From Octopus bimaculoides (Eukaryota), in the NCBI RefSeq assembly GCF_001194135.2, contig NC_068992.1, forward strand, positions 18,817,672 to 18,862,280: DNA of 44,609 nt. Direction: 5' to 3'. Both the position numbers and the translations under genes were made by a program. Below the pieces are notes generated by a model. The model saw only the letters and a list, made by a program, of their open reading frames with translations. It searched no databases and had not been told where the DNA came from. Numbering within the stretch: the first letter of the stretch is position 1; every line of letters begins with the position of its first letter. This document shows positions 12,536 through 25,913 of the stretch, piece by piece.

Positions 12536-12601
<66 letters not shown>
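12299..12601. repeat. Compound trinucleotide microsatellite (AAT)/(AAC)/(GAT)
   Basis: Directly visible. It produces the poly-N/D/I/M ORFs in the track. Confidence 0.97.
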
Positions 12602-12602
<1 letters not shown>

Positions 12603-13814
12603 TTACACATATTAAACACTGAAATACGTGTCCACGTTCGAAGCTTCACACTTGATCACATGAACCCGCTCTCCCCTTCATTTTCTCCCTTCACATACAC
12701 ACTCATATATGTATATACAAACCCAAACAATCACACTGTAGCGAAATGAAGTTTACAGATAAGCAGTCTTTCATACACGTATATTTCAATAGGTGTATAC
12801 ACACGCTACCACATGCATTTACACACAATTATTCACACACCCATATACGCACACAAGAACACTTGTACATAAACACAAACACAGAATACCCGCAAATATA
12901 CGTTCGTATTAACACAGAAGCCTGAAACCTTAGAAAGCGGTACGATAGGAAAACACATACTTCGTACTTCATACATCGAAACACGCAAACGCAAAGATGT
13001 ACAGACAATTGATGTAAACGAACAATGTTTATTTAAACGGATTGCTTCATTCAGCAACAGGGGAATAGCACACTTCTGTTTACTGTAATAAATTATAGAG
13101 AAATATCTTCTTAATTTCTTTGCGTCGCAAACTTGAATAATTTTCCGTTGTTTTCTAGTGTTTTCTGAATGTTTTATTTTTGTTTGATTTTTTGTAACAT
13201 GTTATGTTGTGTTATATAATGAATTATTGTCTTAATTTAGTATAATTTAACTAAATTTACTGCACTTGTTATTTATTTCTCTGTTTATCACAATGTTACT
13301 GTTTCAATTGACTTTGTTATGTGTTGTTATTGATGTTGTTCTAAAATTATAATTAATGCCGAGATGGTTGTGGCTGTCATAACTGGTAGAGTGACTTAGA
13401 AAAATTATTTACAGTCTTTATTTTCGGCCCTTTACATTCTGAGTTCTAACCCTACAAAACACAACTGTGTCGTTCATAATTTCTAGTTCGATAAATTGAA
13501 GCTTCGATCAAGTAATGATTCGATTAAATACAAACATTTTCGTATACAGTTGACACATTTTCAATATTGCAGATCACCAATAATTATCCAATAATATTAA
13601 TGATTGGTGGTGATTAGATAAAGAATAATAATATACGGGCGTTGAATCAACGAAGACAACTTTTCCATTTAACGAAAAAGAGTATTTGCAGCCAATGCAA
13701 ATAAGACCGTGCATTTGATAAACCTTTTCTACTGGAGGCACTCAAATTCTTGCTAAAGAAAAATATGTATGTACCCATATACGTATATATATACATATAT
13801 ATACATATATCATG

Positions 13815-13966
13815 TGACCTTCTTTCATTTTCAGTCTACCAAATCCACTCACTAAGCTAAAGTTGGCCCGAAACTATATAGAAGATACTTACCTTACGTA
13901 CCACGCAGTGGGACTGAACCCGGAACCATGTGTTTGCGAAGCATGCGTCTTAACACACAGCCATGC
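13815..13966 (-). mobile_element. Family-1 SINE 5' part
   Basis: The reverse strand reads GCATGGCTGTGTGTTAAG..CACATGGTTCCGGGTTCAGTCCCACTGCGTGG..AGTGGATTTGGTAGAC. Confidence 0.85.
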
Positions 13967-14049
13967 TTGTGCCTGTGTTTGCGTATTATGATATTTTATG
14001 AAACGATGTCAGGCAAAACTAACCGCAGCTACAGTGAAATTCAGAATCG

Positions 14050-14194
<145 letters not shown>

Positions 14195-14220
14195 AATGTA
14201 TGTAGGCGTTTAACGTACAT

Positions 14221-14640
14221 GACATGCTCAATGCAAATGAGAAGACCATATGTTCAAGACTCTTCAATACACCAACTTAGGCTTCTATATTCAAGTGAGG
14301 CGTCGGTTACTACACCGAATACCTACAACGCAAAAGGCCATGGAAAGATTTATGCAAGAGATGACGTCGAGAGAGCATATCCGAAATGATGTAATTGGGG
14401 AATGGAGCGGAGTGAATGGCGTGATCACAGAACACCGAAAGATTAAGTTACTCTGGGCAGGACATGTCATAATGTTCAGAGAAAACGGGTGGAACAGTGC
14501 AGTCGGTGAGTGGTTACCAGCAAATCGGGAAAGGTCATTCAGAAGGGCTCCACGCTGATGGGAAAGTGATTGGCTCAAGATGCAAAACAATGAAGCATTC
14601 AAGAAAGAATTGGAAGCGCATTGTGAACAGCAATGTAGAA
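14221..14640 (+). pseudogene. RTE-clade non-LTR retrotransposon 3' remnant (RT C-terminal region)
   Basis: DMLNANEKTICSRLFNT / LLYSSEA / TTQKAMERFMQEMTSREHIRND..KIKLLWAGHV..NGWNSAVGEWLP..R.R..R*W. This matches the RTE pattern LFN.T.LPAMLY.SETW..TQRAMER.MLG...D.IRN...K..WAGHV.R....W...V.EW.P...R..GRP..RW. Confidence 0.85.
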
Positions 14641-14965
14641 CGACAACAGATATTCTGATTAATACAGTTAGAGAATAATACCAAGTGTGTCGTGCGTGTA
14701 TCTATGAGTGTACGCAAATAAATATATATGTATACACACATACATACACACACAAATATATGTGTATGTATACCTTTTGTGTAAGACTTATTGTAGGGTA
14801 ACTATATATTATTCTTTAACAAGAATATTATTGACAGTGACTTCCAAATTTCCACCGTTAAGCCATCATCGCATTGTTTATTGATGGCAAAAAATCTGAA
14901 GTCACTTTCAATATTTTTGGTTTCATACATACATATATACATACAGAAACCTGTGTGCGTATACA

Positions 14966-14997
<32 letters not shown>

Positions 14998-15831
14998 CAT
15001 ATATATGGTCAAAGCAGCAAAGATAAAATAAAGAGAGAAAATACAACAGTATGATGATACAGATAAACATGATTATTACTTTCAGTAGTATATGCCTTGT
15101 TTCTTAATTCCTTAGTACAAAATATTGTTGTATATTACTGAGGTTTAATTGCCACTATGATGTTCGTTACTTTTTCTTCAGGACTTGATGCTATTCTTTC
15201 ATATATTCGAAATTTAGAGGATTTGTGTCCAGCTATAAGATTTTTGTGTTTGATTGTTTTTTGTTTTGAACCATATAGTGTTTCTTTCCACCTGAATGCT
15301 TTTGTGAACTAATCGATATTTTCAACAACTTAGTTATTTCATATCATTTCTTCTTTTGTTTTTATTCTAAGATGGAAAAAAAAAATATTAGTATTTGTTT
15401 TGATATTGATGCTTCGAAGAGGTCGGAAAATATTTTCCCAAATTATTAGTAATCAATTCAATCGATTCCTAGATGAATATTGATGTGTGCAAGACATAGT
15501 AACCTACAGCAATATCATTGGAATAAAAATCATTATTTCATATACGAGACTATCTTAATAGAAATACTTTGTTTTTCAACCGGCGCCTTGTCTATCAAAG
15601 CCACAATTTTTTCAATAAAATTTAGCCCAGTCGTACTAACCAGTGTATTCATTTTAATATGTATTCTTTATTCTGTTTTCGCGTGGTTTCTGCTGCACTT
15701 TATTCCATGTATTATACCTTGTCCTAGATGATATTCTTAATTTTTAAGATGTACAATTAAGAATTCTGGAGTAAATATCTTGTATTATTTAGTATCGTAA
15801 TTCTGAGTAATCAAGAAGATTTTAAATTAAG

Positions 15832-15877
15832 TTGACAAGTACTGGCGCTTCGTCTTCTACTTTATGATGCAGCTTTG
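15832..15877 (+). CDS. Possible 46-nt internal exon (unassigned)
   Basis: AG|TTGACAAG...CTTTG|GTGAGT, reading (x)DKYWRFVFYFMMQL. The acceptor is weak, there are no supporting neighbouring exons, and it may be chance. Confidence 0.15.
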
Positions 15878-17202
15878 GTGAGTAATTTGTTGGTTTCTAA
15901 TTAAAAATGAGTGTTAACACTGTAGTCATATCCGGTGAAAATGGTTATATTGATAAAAGAAGTAGCTGCCATTTAACCCCTGATCGAGTTCACAACTGAT
16001 CGATGTCTTTACAGATTCGATAATCTAGGAAGTGTCTTTTTTGCGCCATAATGTATTTCAACTGTATTATTCTATGCAGGGTCGGTTATAATTCGCTAAA
16101 TCATGTATTCCTAGCAATGTGGACAACAATTTTTCTGTAATAAAAACAACCTTAACTATGATGTGTCGTTGAGATATCTAAGAATGTCTTAAAATAATTT
16201 AAATATTCAGCCTCATCATACTATTCTAGGACGATTTGACCAGATTACTCAAGAGGTTAAGCGTTTTTCAGGTTATGTTTGTTATTCTCTTAACGAGAGC
16301 ATGGTCAAATAATGGGAAGTTTATGAAAGAATGCGAAAGTATTTACCTTATACCTTTAGTTTTCTTATTCTACTATCTTAGCGCTGCTTAACATCTTCCG
16401 TACTTATTGTCCCCCTTCATAACCCTCAAAACCGTCTCTAATTCTGAATTGTAGCTTTAACATTTGCCTTTATTTTGTAATTATTTTTGTTACAAGACTC
16501 ATGTTAAGAACCACTGTATAAAGCTTAGATATGATTATCTTGTAAATACAACCATCTTTTTTCAGTTAATAGATTATAAACAAGTTTGATCCACAATTTT
16601 CATATATATGAAATAATGGGATTCTTAAAAATCAAGAGAAATGCTGAAACGTTATCAAGTCATTATAGTAATATACTAAGCAATATTAACTTAATTAAAA
16701 AAAAATTGAAAACTATTTTAAAAGTTTAGCAAGATGAAAATATGATATTTAAAAATAGGAAATAAAACAAGAAGTATGTTGTAGGTTCCACTATTCCTCA
16801 ATTTAATCAAGTCTTTAAAAAAATTGAAACACAGATTGGACAAATAAGATCTTTTTAAATAAAACAAAGTTTTGATATTAAATGTTTATGTTATAAATAT
16901 AGTAATTCTGTTAAAGACCAAATGTTAAACCAAAATTGAGATTTAAATATTATAGTGTATACTAGGTAAAACTAAAAGTTGTGCAAAACCTTTTCGTTTT
17001 TTAAAGAAACTTTTTTTCATATTTTCGTAAAAATAAATACAATATTTTATTGTACAAATTTTTCGTATATCTTTTCTTTTAATTTAACTTTATTCCAAAT
17101 GTTTTTGTTTCAATTTCTTTCAGAACTATTTACTCCAAGCATTCTAACATTACTTTACATGAGTTTTATATTTTGTTCTTATTTTTGTTCTTATTTTTCG
17201 CA

Positions 17203-18554
17203 TTGAGTGCAAAGATACGGAAGTGTCTTGACGAATATTTTCGATTTTCATTCGTATCCCTCCAAAAAGGTGACACAGATATCCCCAGTGTGTGATATGT
17301 TACAAAACTTTGTGAAATGATGGAATGCGACGCTCACACTTAGAACGACACTTGAGGACATCACATCCTGCTCTTGTAGACAAGCGCAAGGCATTATTTG
17401 AAACAATAAGACATTCCTTGAAGCAAGCTAAGTTGGACGGTAGTGGGGCATTTCGGCAACAAACATCAATGGTTGTTGAGGCTTGCTATGAGACCGCCAT
17501 TTTGATTGCAAAGAGCAAGAAGAGCCATAACATCGGAGAGTCTCTGATAAAATCAAGTATACTCCAAGCAGCAGAACTCGTACTGGGGAGAAATAGTGGA
17601 AAGAAACTTTCTCACATTTAAATATTAAACGAAACAGTCAAGAGAAGGATCAACGACTTGTCTCAAGTCACCAAAGATTAAATTCTCGACCAAATAAGAG
17701 GTTCTCCTGTTTTTGCCATCCACCGTGACGAAACGACTGACATCGCTCAGTGTTCTCAGCTACTAGTATATGTTCGTTCTGTTTCAGGCAACTGTTTAAA
17801 AGAGGAAATGTTGTTCTCACCCCCTATGGATAGTCCCTCTCTGGATAGTCCCTCTCTGGATAGTCCCTCTCTGGATAGTCCCTCTCTGGATAGTCCCTCT
17901 CTGGATAGTCCCTCTCTGGATAGTCCCTCTCTGGATAGTCCCTCTATGGATAGTCCCTCTATGGATAGTCCCTCTATGGATAATCCCTCTAAGGATAGTT
18001 TCAATATGTATCGAACTTCTTTTTAGGAAAATCAACATTCTTGGGATTCGCTGGTAGGGGTGTGCACTGATGGAGTTATAGCCATGCTTGGTCTTCAGTT
18101 TTGATTCATTACTAGCGTGAGAGAAAAGAATCCATCTCTTGTAGGTAAACACTGCATATTTCATCGTGAAACCTTAGCATCCAGGACCTTACCTACTGAA
18201 ATGAGAAATATCCTGATCGTGGTTATCAAGGTTGTCAACTTTATTAAAGGTGGAGCCTTAAACAGTCGTCTTTTCAATTTGCTGTATAATGATATGGAAT
18301 CTGAACATGAAGCATTACTTTTTCACACGAACGTACGATGGCTATCAAAGGGGAACATTCTTAGACGGCTTTACGAACTGCGAGAAGAAGTAGTAATATT
18401 TCTAGATTTGCAGCAGAAGGCAGATCTCCATGATAAACCCCAGCCTGAAGGCTCTCAGCTATTTCTAGCTTACCTGGTGGACATCTTCAAAGCATTGAAT
18501 GCTCTCGACCTTAAACTATTAACAAGAAAGGAACATGTAGACACGTTCATTTGA
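17203..18554 (+). pseudogene. hAT (Buster/Charlie; ZBED5/SCAND3/FAM200-like) transposase pseudogene
   Basis: PQCVICYK..MRRSHLERHLRTSHP (BED-finger-like), KSHNIGESLIK, FAIHRDETTDIAQCSQLLVYVR, VCTDG..AMLG, HCIFHRETLAS and LLFHTNVRWLSKG. There is one frameshift near 17283, then a single frame with several stops. The C-terminus is truncated. Confidence 0.93.
17826..18000 (+). repeat. 15-bp minisatellite ((A/C)TGGATAGTCCCTCT) x11 plus a partial unit, in frame in the hAT remnant
   Basis: Units encode MDSPS, then 7x LDSPS, then MDSPS, MDSPS, MDNPS and a partial KDS. Confidence 0.97.
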
Positions 18555-21136
18555 CAAACGCAAATGAAATCAGTAGTATTAGCTGGAAAAAACTAAGAAT
18601 ACATAGAGGGACAGAGCTCGACTCTAGGAAACAGAAGATATATATCACAATACAGAACAATCTTTTAAAGGTGGGTTTTCGTAAGAAAAGGGCAAGGGTG
18701 ATAGTAACATACTTCTGTTGGTCGAAAATAGTGAATGAGATTTTACACATGCTCAAACGAGAAGTTAGATGAGTTCCAGACCGCCTTATGTAATTGAATA
18801 TGCTTTCTTGATATAAACTTGGCATTTGCCATCTAAATTTATTCCATGCACTCATATTTCCCTGTATGTAACTTGATTTTTTTTAAAAATCGATTCGAAA
18901 ATAAATGTAATTTTCCTTTAATCATTCCGAATCTATTTCTTTACATTTGATAGTATCCTTCAATAGAACTAAGCATAATGTTGGTCTTTGAAAATGCTGT
19001 TTTAAAAGAATTTCTTTGTTTCAAGCTATACAGTTTAATCTATTATATGTGAACATGCTTTGTTTTGTGGCTTACGTTGTTTACATATCCCTTTGAAAAA
19101 TATACGTGAAATATTTATTTAACCTTTCTTCATTTTTCTTGAAGAAATGCCAAGTGACATTTGGATTATCTCACTTGTTTGCTACATAAAGTATCTATTG
19201 TCTTTTAATGTTTTCCAGTCTTCTATTTTCAGTAAGAATACTTCATTTAATCTCGCATTTTCATTTGCTAGGATAATACAAAAATACAAAGATACGTTCT
19301 GCTCTCATATCACAACAGTTCTTTTTTCTTTCTAAACTAACTTCTGTTACACATGGAATTTACTCTTCTATTTGTTCTCAGTTCTTAAACCTTTACTGAT
19401 AACCCATTATATCAATTTCTCGTTCACTCCTAGCAACATGAATATTATTTATTAATACTAATCTTCATAACCTTGTAACTGATGAAATCATTTTGGCTTT
19501 ATTTCGTATTTGTAATACCTAGAATATTTTTACTGCTTTTAGTGTCTTTTCCTTCTCTATAGCAGTAAAATCCCTATCATTATTACCACTACAATTTTAC
19601 AAATATTATCACGATCCGTCTATCTCCTAATTTGCATTTTTAATTAATGTGGAACAATCAATCTTTGCCGGTGATATTTCATATTTCGCAAAATTAAATC
19701 TTCTGTCTCTTGTGTACATTTTTGTTCTCTGTAATTCCGTGGGATATTTAGAATGACTTTTTGATAGCTTTGAATAACGTTTAGATTAGTATTGTGACAG
19801 TGGATGATCCATTTTCATCTGAATTTTCTCACTGCATGCTGTCGCTGTTCTCTTTTGCACTAGCGAATATTAAGAATACAAACAACTATTGCTCACAATT
19901 TGTTCTATAGAGCTTGACCCATTGATTTCTAGCAAGATAACAAGATATTGATATATCTATCTCTGTATGTATATTTGCTTACTTATATACGTGCTATTAA
20001 GGAACGAGCTGACTAATGGGCTGGGCAGCTTTCAGGTACCCAAAATTTCGTATAGTAATACTGAACAACGAAACATGTGATTCCAAAGCCAACTTGTTGA
20101 CCTTACGTTCGTTCATGGTTCCATATTTGTGCAATATTTTGATTTTCCCGAGAGGATACGTTTGTTTTATTACAAACTAAAGCAAACAAAAAAAAAAGAA
20201 TGAGTACATGTTAGTTCAACAGTTTTTTTGTTTTGGTGCACATGAAAGCCTCAAAGATATTAGATAACGCAGTATAGCTGAAATCTATAATAGAGAAATG
20301 TAAGAAATAGCCTGTTGAAATTTTTGGTAATTACGTATCTGAGCAAATAGTAAATGAACTAATTAATTCCATGCAAAAAAATTCTAGTGTTATAAAATAA
20401 TTTGTGGTTTTGTTCATATATAGAAACATTGCGCGTTCCGGGAGAAGGAAATATCGTGACTTCATCCACGAATTCTGTACGATTATTTTTTCCATAGTGA
20501 ATTACTATAATTATTTTCGTGCAATTACTCTGAAATCTACACCGTTGTAGGAAAATTAGGTTAGATAAATAGCACCAAAAATATTAAAAAAACTACTACT
20601 GCAAATGATCAAAAATTCTTATAAACATGTTCTTTTGAGAGGATTTAACCCGCGATTACTTTTACAACATAATATTAGAAGCCATTTTTTAAAACAAAAT
20701 TAATGAGATTTTTTCAATTAAGAAAATAATGAGTTTTTACATAGGCATAAGTATTTAGAATTTTCAGTGGGGTTAAATGAGATAGAGTGACACAATTTCT
20801 CTATTGTTTAGGTGAAACGTTTTATTTAAACTTTTTTTATTGTATTTGCTTTGAATGATTCTTTATGTGAATTCGTGTGTTGAAACATTTTTTTTTGTAT
20901 CTAGGTCGAATCATTACGACAATATTAATAACACGGACAAAAGGAGAAGTCACTGAAAAGTTTGCAATTGACAATGAAAAAACTTTGAAGGCAAAGAAAA
21001 GTAAGAAAAAAACGACTGACACTTTAACCAAACGATCTATTAATTGAACCACTGGGATTGAACCAGTGCGTATGTTATTAACATGAAGGTAATGATTCTC
21101 CCAAGACAATAAAGTTTTATTTAAAGATAATTAACA

Positions 21137-21540
21137 GGTGCAGACGTGGCTCTGTGGTAATGAGCGTGCTTCCCAACCACTTGGTTCCGGATTCAGTCTC
21201 ACTGCGTGGCCCCTTGGGCATGTGTCTTCTCCTACGGCCTCGAGTAGACGAAATCATTGGGAGTAGATTTGGTAGATGGAAACTGAAAGAAGCCCGTCAT
21301 AAATTTATATGTATGTATGTGTCTTTGTCTGCATCTGTGTTTGTCCACCCACCATTGCTTGAAAACCGATGCTACTGTGTTTATATCCCCGTAACCTAGT
21401 GGTTTGGCTAAAGAATTTGAAAGAATAAGTACTGAGCTTACAAAGAAAAGTTCTGGGGTCGATTTCTTTGACTAAAACCCCTTTAAGGCTGTAATCGAAC
21501 ATGAGCGCAGTCATATGTCTGGAAAAAATAAAAGAATAAT
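21137..21540 (+). mobile_element. Full-length family-1 tRNA-derived SINE
   Basis: GTGGCTCTGTGGTAA (A box), GGATTCAGTCTC (B-box-like), CCCTTGGGCATGTG (CORE-like), an internal TG-rich tract, GAATAAGTACTGAGC..CTGGGGTCGATTT and an AAAAGAAT tail. Confidence 0.88.
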
Positions 21541-22180
21541 AGAATTTTGACCAAGAGTTTAGAAATTTAATATCATAAACATTTGACCCCAAGCCAATAC
21601 AACATGTGTAAAACAACCATCAGGGACATTCTACTTGCGACCATTCGATCGTCCTTGACTGAATAATGAAACTAAGAATAGATTATCAAATATATTTCCT
21701 CTGCTTTCAAGGCGATATCATGAGATTTAAGAGAAACTTAGCTGATGCTTTTTGCAAGTGTCTCTCTCTTATCAATTTGCAGTGGGGACATTCTTTGTGT
21801 AGATTTGCTATAAAATTTGTAAATATTCCCTGTATATCGAACTGAGGGAAATTTATATTTATTACTTTGCAGGATGCCTAATATTTTACTGAAAGGCATA
21901 AATCTGGCGCTATAAATTTGTTTCTTTTTGCCAGCTCAGTGATAACCGAATGGACACTATCAGTTGATTGGATTTTTCTTCTTATCTTTAATATTTCTAC
22001 ACGGAATGAAATCTTGTAATATGCAAATACGTCAAACAGTCAGATTTATTCTTAATTCTTAGTATTTAATCCAACTGCTTTTATAATTAAGAGGATTTTT
22101 TTAAAATATTGCTTTGATTTAATAATTCGAAAGACCTGATACATTACTGGAGATTAAAGGAAAAAACCGAAGTTCAAATT

Positions 22181-22405
22181 TATGGAGGACTGCTGAAACT
22201 TTCCTGGCTTTGAGTAAAAGACAATTCAGGAAGTTCAGTTTATTGTGACTTTATTCAGCATACACCCCTCTCAGATTCACACACTTATTGCAGAAGTCCT
22301 TCAATTTTTCTGAGCCCTGTAAAAGAACTTGGAAAGTGAGGCATCCATCCATCCAGGCCTTTCGTGATAGCTTTAAAACCAGGAAATTTTCAGCACCCCG
22401 TCGAA
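22181..22405 (-). mobile_element. Mariner-derived MITE, second copy
   Basis: Homologous to 10601-10822. The ends TGCTGAAACTTTCCTGGCTTT and AAAACCAGGAAATTTTCAGCA are inverted repeats. Confidence 0.85.
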
Positions 22406-23985
22406 CTTCAATTAAATGTACCTGTGTACATTATTGTCATAATGAACTACCCTGGATAAAACAATTAGCTTCATCAAATGATTTTACATCAACTATAATG
22501 GAAACGAAATAATAAATTAAAAGATTGTTTCGTTTTTGATTTGGAACGAACATTTATACTCAGCGACATCTTGTATTACAATAATATTTTACAAATGACG
22601 TGGTAAATTTTTCAATCAGTGTAAACTATGAATTCTTGATAACTTTATGTTTTCTAATTTAATTCTATCTATTTAATATATTGCATAATATGAAATTCAC
22701 TGGCAAGGTTTATTTGATAGCTGATATCCTAGTAATTCATTTCAACTAATGCATATTTTCTCAAAGGAATTATAATCGTAAAAATATTTATCGTTTCTCC
22801 AAGATTTTCTACTCACTCCTTTTCATGTACGACACAAACAGAGGATTAATGAAAGTTATTCATATGCACATATTAATGATATAGCGAAAATCACGATATT
22901 ATAAATGTTTACCATGGCATCGTATAAAAGATACCAGCTATGACACTGATAATTCTAAGAATGTAACTGAACTCTATTGTTAAAAGAAGTAAAACGGCAT
23001 TTCTGCAGAAATGACGGATACTAAGCACTGGTACAAATAAATCAATACTTAAAACATTAAACAGAGATTATAAGTCCTGTCACAAGAGGTATTGTAGGTG
23101 ACAGGTTTCCTATAAGCTGATGTTCAATTTAGGTGCGAGGGAAAATGCGTTCATATCTCGACGATTTTGTTACGAACAACTAAAACGGACCATATTCTTT
23201 ACAGCTAAATTCTTTAATAATGTCAGCTTTATATTCTGTTACTAACGAAAAGTGACAGATGTGACTTAAAGAGTCCGGTTTGATTAAAGCTGTTTTACAA
23301 GATTTGACAGAGAACGATTAAATGATATTATAAGGAAATAAGTGCTTATTGTCTTTTATTTATATCTTATTTTCGTTTATCAGAAGTACACTGCTGTGAA
23401 AATAATAGATAGTAAATATAATAAATAGAGAAATATTGACAGAAAATGGGTAAGTATTATATGAAACATAACATGTTACAATGACTTTCCTTCAGCGTCA
23501 AATATTTATCCATAAAATTATAACCTGTTCGTGATTTCATTTTGACGCGACACTGACTTATCTTCAAAGCAATACCGAAGGAGAAGAGGAAAACAGTCAT
23601 GTAATTTACGATATTGTATAAGTACCCGTATAGCTATACATCTAGCCGACTTTATTTACATGATTTTTTCTCATTCAAATATTATCATCAATGATATTGT
23701 TTTGAGGTTTTCCCGCATTAAATTTCTATGATAATTTTATTTATACTGAATGACACACTATAGCAATAACCACAGAAAAGTGACATAGCAAATAAAATGA
23801 GCACATTAGGTGCAATTGTGGCTGTGTGGTAAGAAGCTTACAACGCTACCACATGGTTCCGGATTCAGTCTCACTGCGTGGCACCTTGGGCAAGTGTGTC
23901 TTCTATAGGTTTGGGCTGATTAATACCTCTTGAGTGGATTTGGTAGACGGAAATTGAAAGAAGCTTGTCTTATATATACATACAT

Positions 23986-24040
<55 letters not shown>

Positions 24041-24044
<4 letters not shown>

Positions 24045-24235
24045 GATTGACCGTTGACTGAACACTATTCAATTTTTTTTCTCCGTGTTTTTCTCCTTGT
24101 CTCCGTATTCTTTCTGTTGAAGAGCGTAGCTCGAAACGTCAAAGACTTTCCGTATTCCCGAGCGTCATACTAATATATACTTTTGTTATTTACACCACCT
24201 GTCCTCGTCTGTTGTTATTATTTGTATATTCTCCC
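24041..24235 (+). mobile_element. Short non-coding insert with a hammerhead-like motif (PLE pLTR/retrozyme-like), flanked by (TA)n
   Basis: A 195-bp non-SINE segment lies between two (TA)n tracts inside the SINE and contains the HHR-like motif at 24109-24145. Confidence 0.6.
24109..24145 (+). ncRNA. Minimal hammerhead-like motif (A6U core variant)
   Basis: TCTTT-CTGTTGA-A-GAGC-GTA-GCTC-GAAAC-GTC-AAAGA. Helix I is TCTTT/AAAGA, helix II is GAGC/GCTC, and the palindrome ACGT replaces helix III. Confidence 0.55.
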
Positions 24236-25832
24236 ATATATATATATATATATATANNNNNNNNNNNNNNNNNNNNNNNNNNNNNNNNNNNNNNNNNNNN
24301 NNNNNNNNNNNNNNNNNNNNNNNNNNNNNNNNNNNNNNNNNNNNNNNNNNNNNNNNNNNNNNNNNNNNNNNNNNNNNNNNNNNNNNNNNNNNNNNNNNNN
24401 NNNNNNNNNNNNNNNNNNNNNNNNNNNNNNNNNNNNNNNNNNNNNNNNNNNNNNNNNNNNNNNNNNNNNNNNNNNNNNNNNNNNNNNNNNNNNNNNNNNN
24501 NNNNNNNNNNNNNNNTATATATATATATATATGTACTGTGCATATATTCATATATCTGTGTGTCTGTATTTGTCCCCCCCCCACCATCACTTGACAACTA
24601 ATGTTGGTGTGTTTACGTCCCCGTAACTTAGTGGTTCGGCAAAACAGACCGATAAGATAAGCACTAGGCTTATAAAGATTAAGTCCTGGAGTCGATTTGC
24701 TTGACTAAAGGCGGTGCTTCAGCATGGTCACAGCCAGATGACTGAAACAATAAAAGAATTATGATAATGGAACGCACACGCAAATGCGCATACACACACA
24801 CATACTCACAAGAAAACTCACTGAAAACGAATGGCTGTTTTATCAGACTTCAATGATAAACATAGGTATGTATTTACCATATTTTAGAAACAAATGCACA
24901 TCATAGACATCAGTTACCTCCTGTTAACATACCGAATGTTGCACTTTACTACTAAAATCCAGGCCAGTGTTTAGATTATGCAGTAGTTGAAAGAGGGATA
25001 ATTTAAAACTTCATGCTCTGCAGAAATCATTTCATGTTACTTCAGGCAAGGGCAACTTTGGAAAGTAGCGAAAAAATACGTTTCTACTTGGCCGGCCTTC
25101 ATCCCATATAAAGCTTGAAAATTTCGTTAAAATGTTGTATATTGTCTCATCAGTTGATAATGGTGTAGTTTCAATGTACAATTTTATATAATCACAATAT
25201 AGAAGGATACGTGACTGGTATTTATACAACCGCACATGTTTTTTTTTTATTACTAAACTACAACAATATGTGGATGAATTACTAGTTAACATTCGTATAT
25301 TGAATATATNNNNNNNNNNGATGTTGAAACTAAAAAGGAAATAGTCTCGTTTTTGACCATCTCTACTCAGTTTATTTATTAGTGTCCTTGAAAAGGCCAG
25401 GAAATTCTCAATAATTTTCCACCCTTACGCCCAGCAATAAATTTCACATTTTACTACAATGTAGAAAATAAAAGAGGAGTGAATGTGTATGATATTCCTA
25501 AGTTTAATTCTTTGCAAGTGTTATTTAGACATTTCATTGAATAGATACTCTATTAGTTAGTATTCAATTTATTTTTCATAAGGAAATATTATTGCCAGCA
25601 GCAGATCTTATTGAATCGTATTGGAGTTAAGTAGGAATTCAACGAGGTCGTTTAGTGCACAGTGAATATTTCCAATAGTCAAATAACGTACATAAACAAA
25701 ATCCCCAAATGCAACATCCTAAATGCAACCATATTTTACAGCTCCTTACGGCACTTTATGTTAAAACATATTTTCTCTCCGCCTTCTAAATTTATTTCTC
25801 TCCCCTTCTTTCTATCTTTCTCTCTCTTTCTT

Positions 25833-25913
<81 letters not shown>

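Larger units (their letters stand above)
23809..24760 (+). mobile_element. Family-1 SINE split by an insertion (and a gap) in its internal TA tract
   Basis: The 5' half is at 23809-24040 (TGGCTGTGTGGTAAG, GGCACCTTGGGCAAGTG). The 3' half is at 24516-24760 (TTTGTCCCCCCCC..GTTTACGTCCCCGTAACTTAG..GGCGGTGCTTCAGCATGG..AAAAGAAT). Confidence 0.88.

Noticed and set aside
18551-18790. ORF ending EILHMLKREVR*VP as a mariner WVP-linker fragment
   Set aside because: Only a few residues match, and no HTH or DDD motifs flank it.
25045-25065. GKGNFGK, a kinase glycine-rich-loop-like peptide after a CAG acceptor
   Set aside because: It is followed at once by a stop or a weak donor (GTAGCG), and no other kinase motifs are nearby. 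A 7-residue match is plausible by chance.
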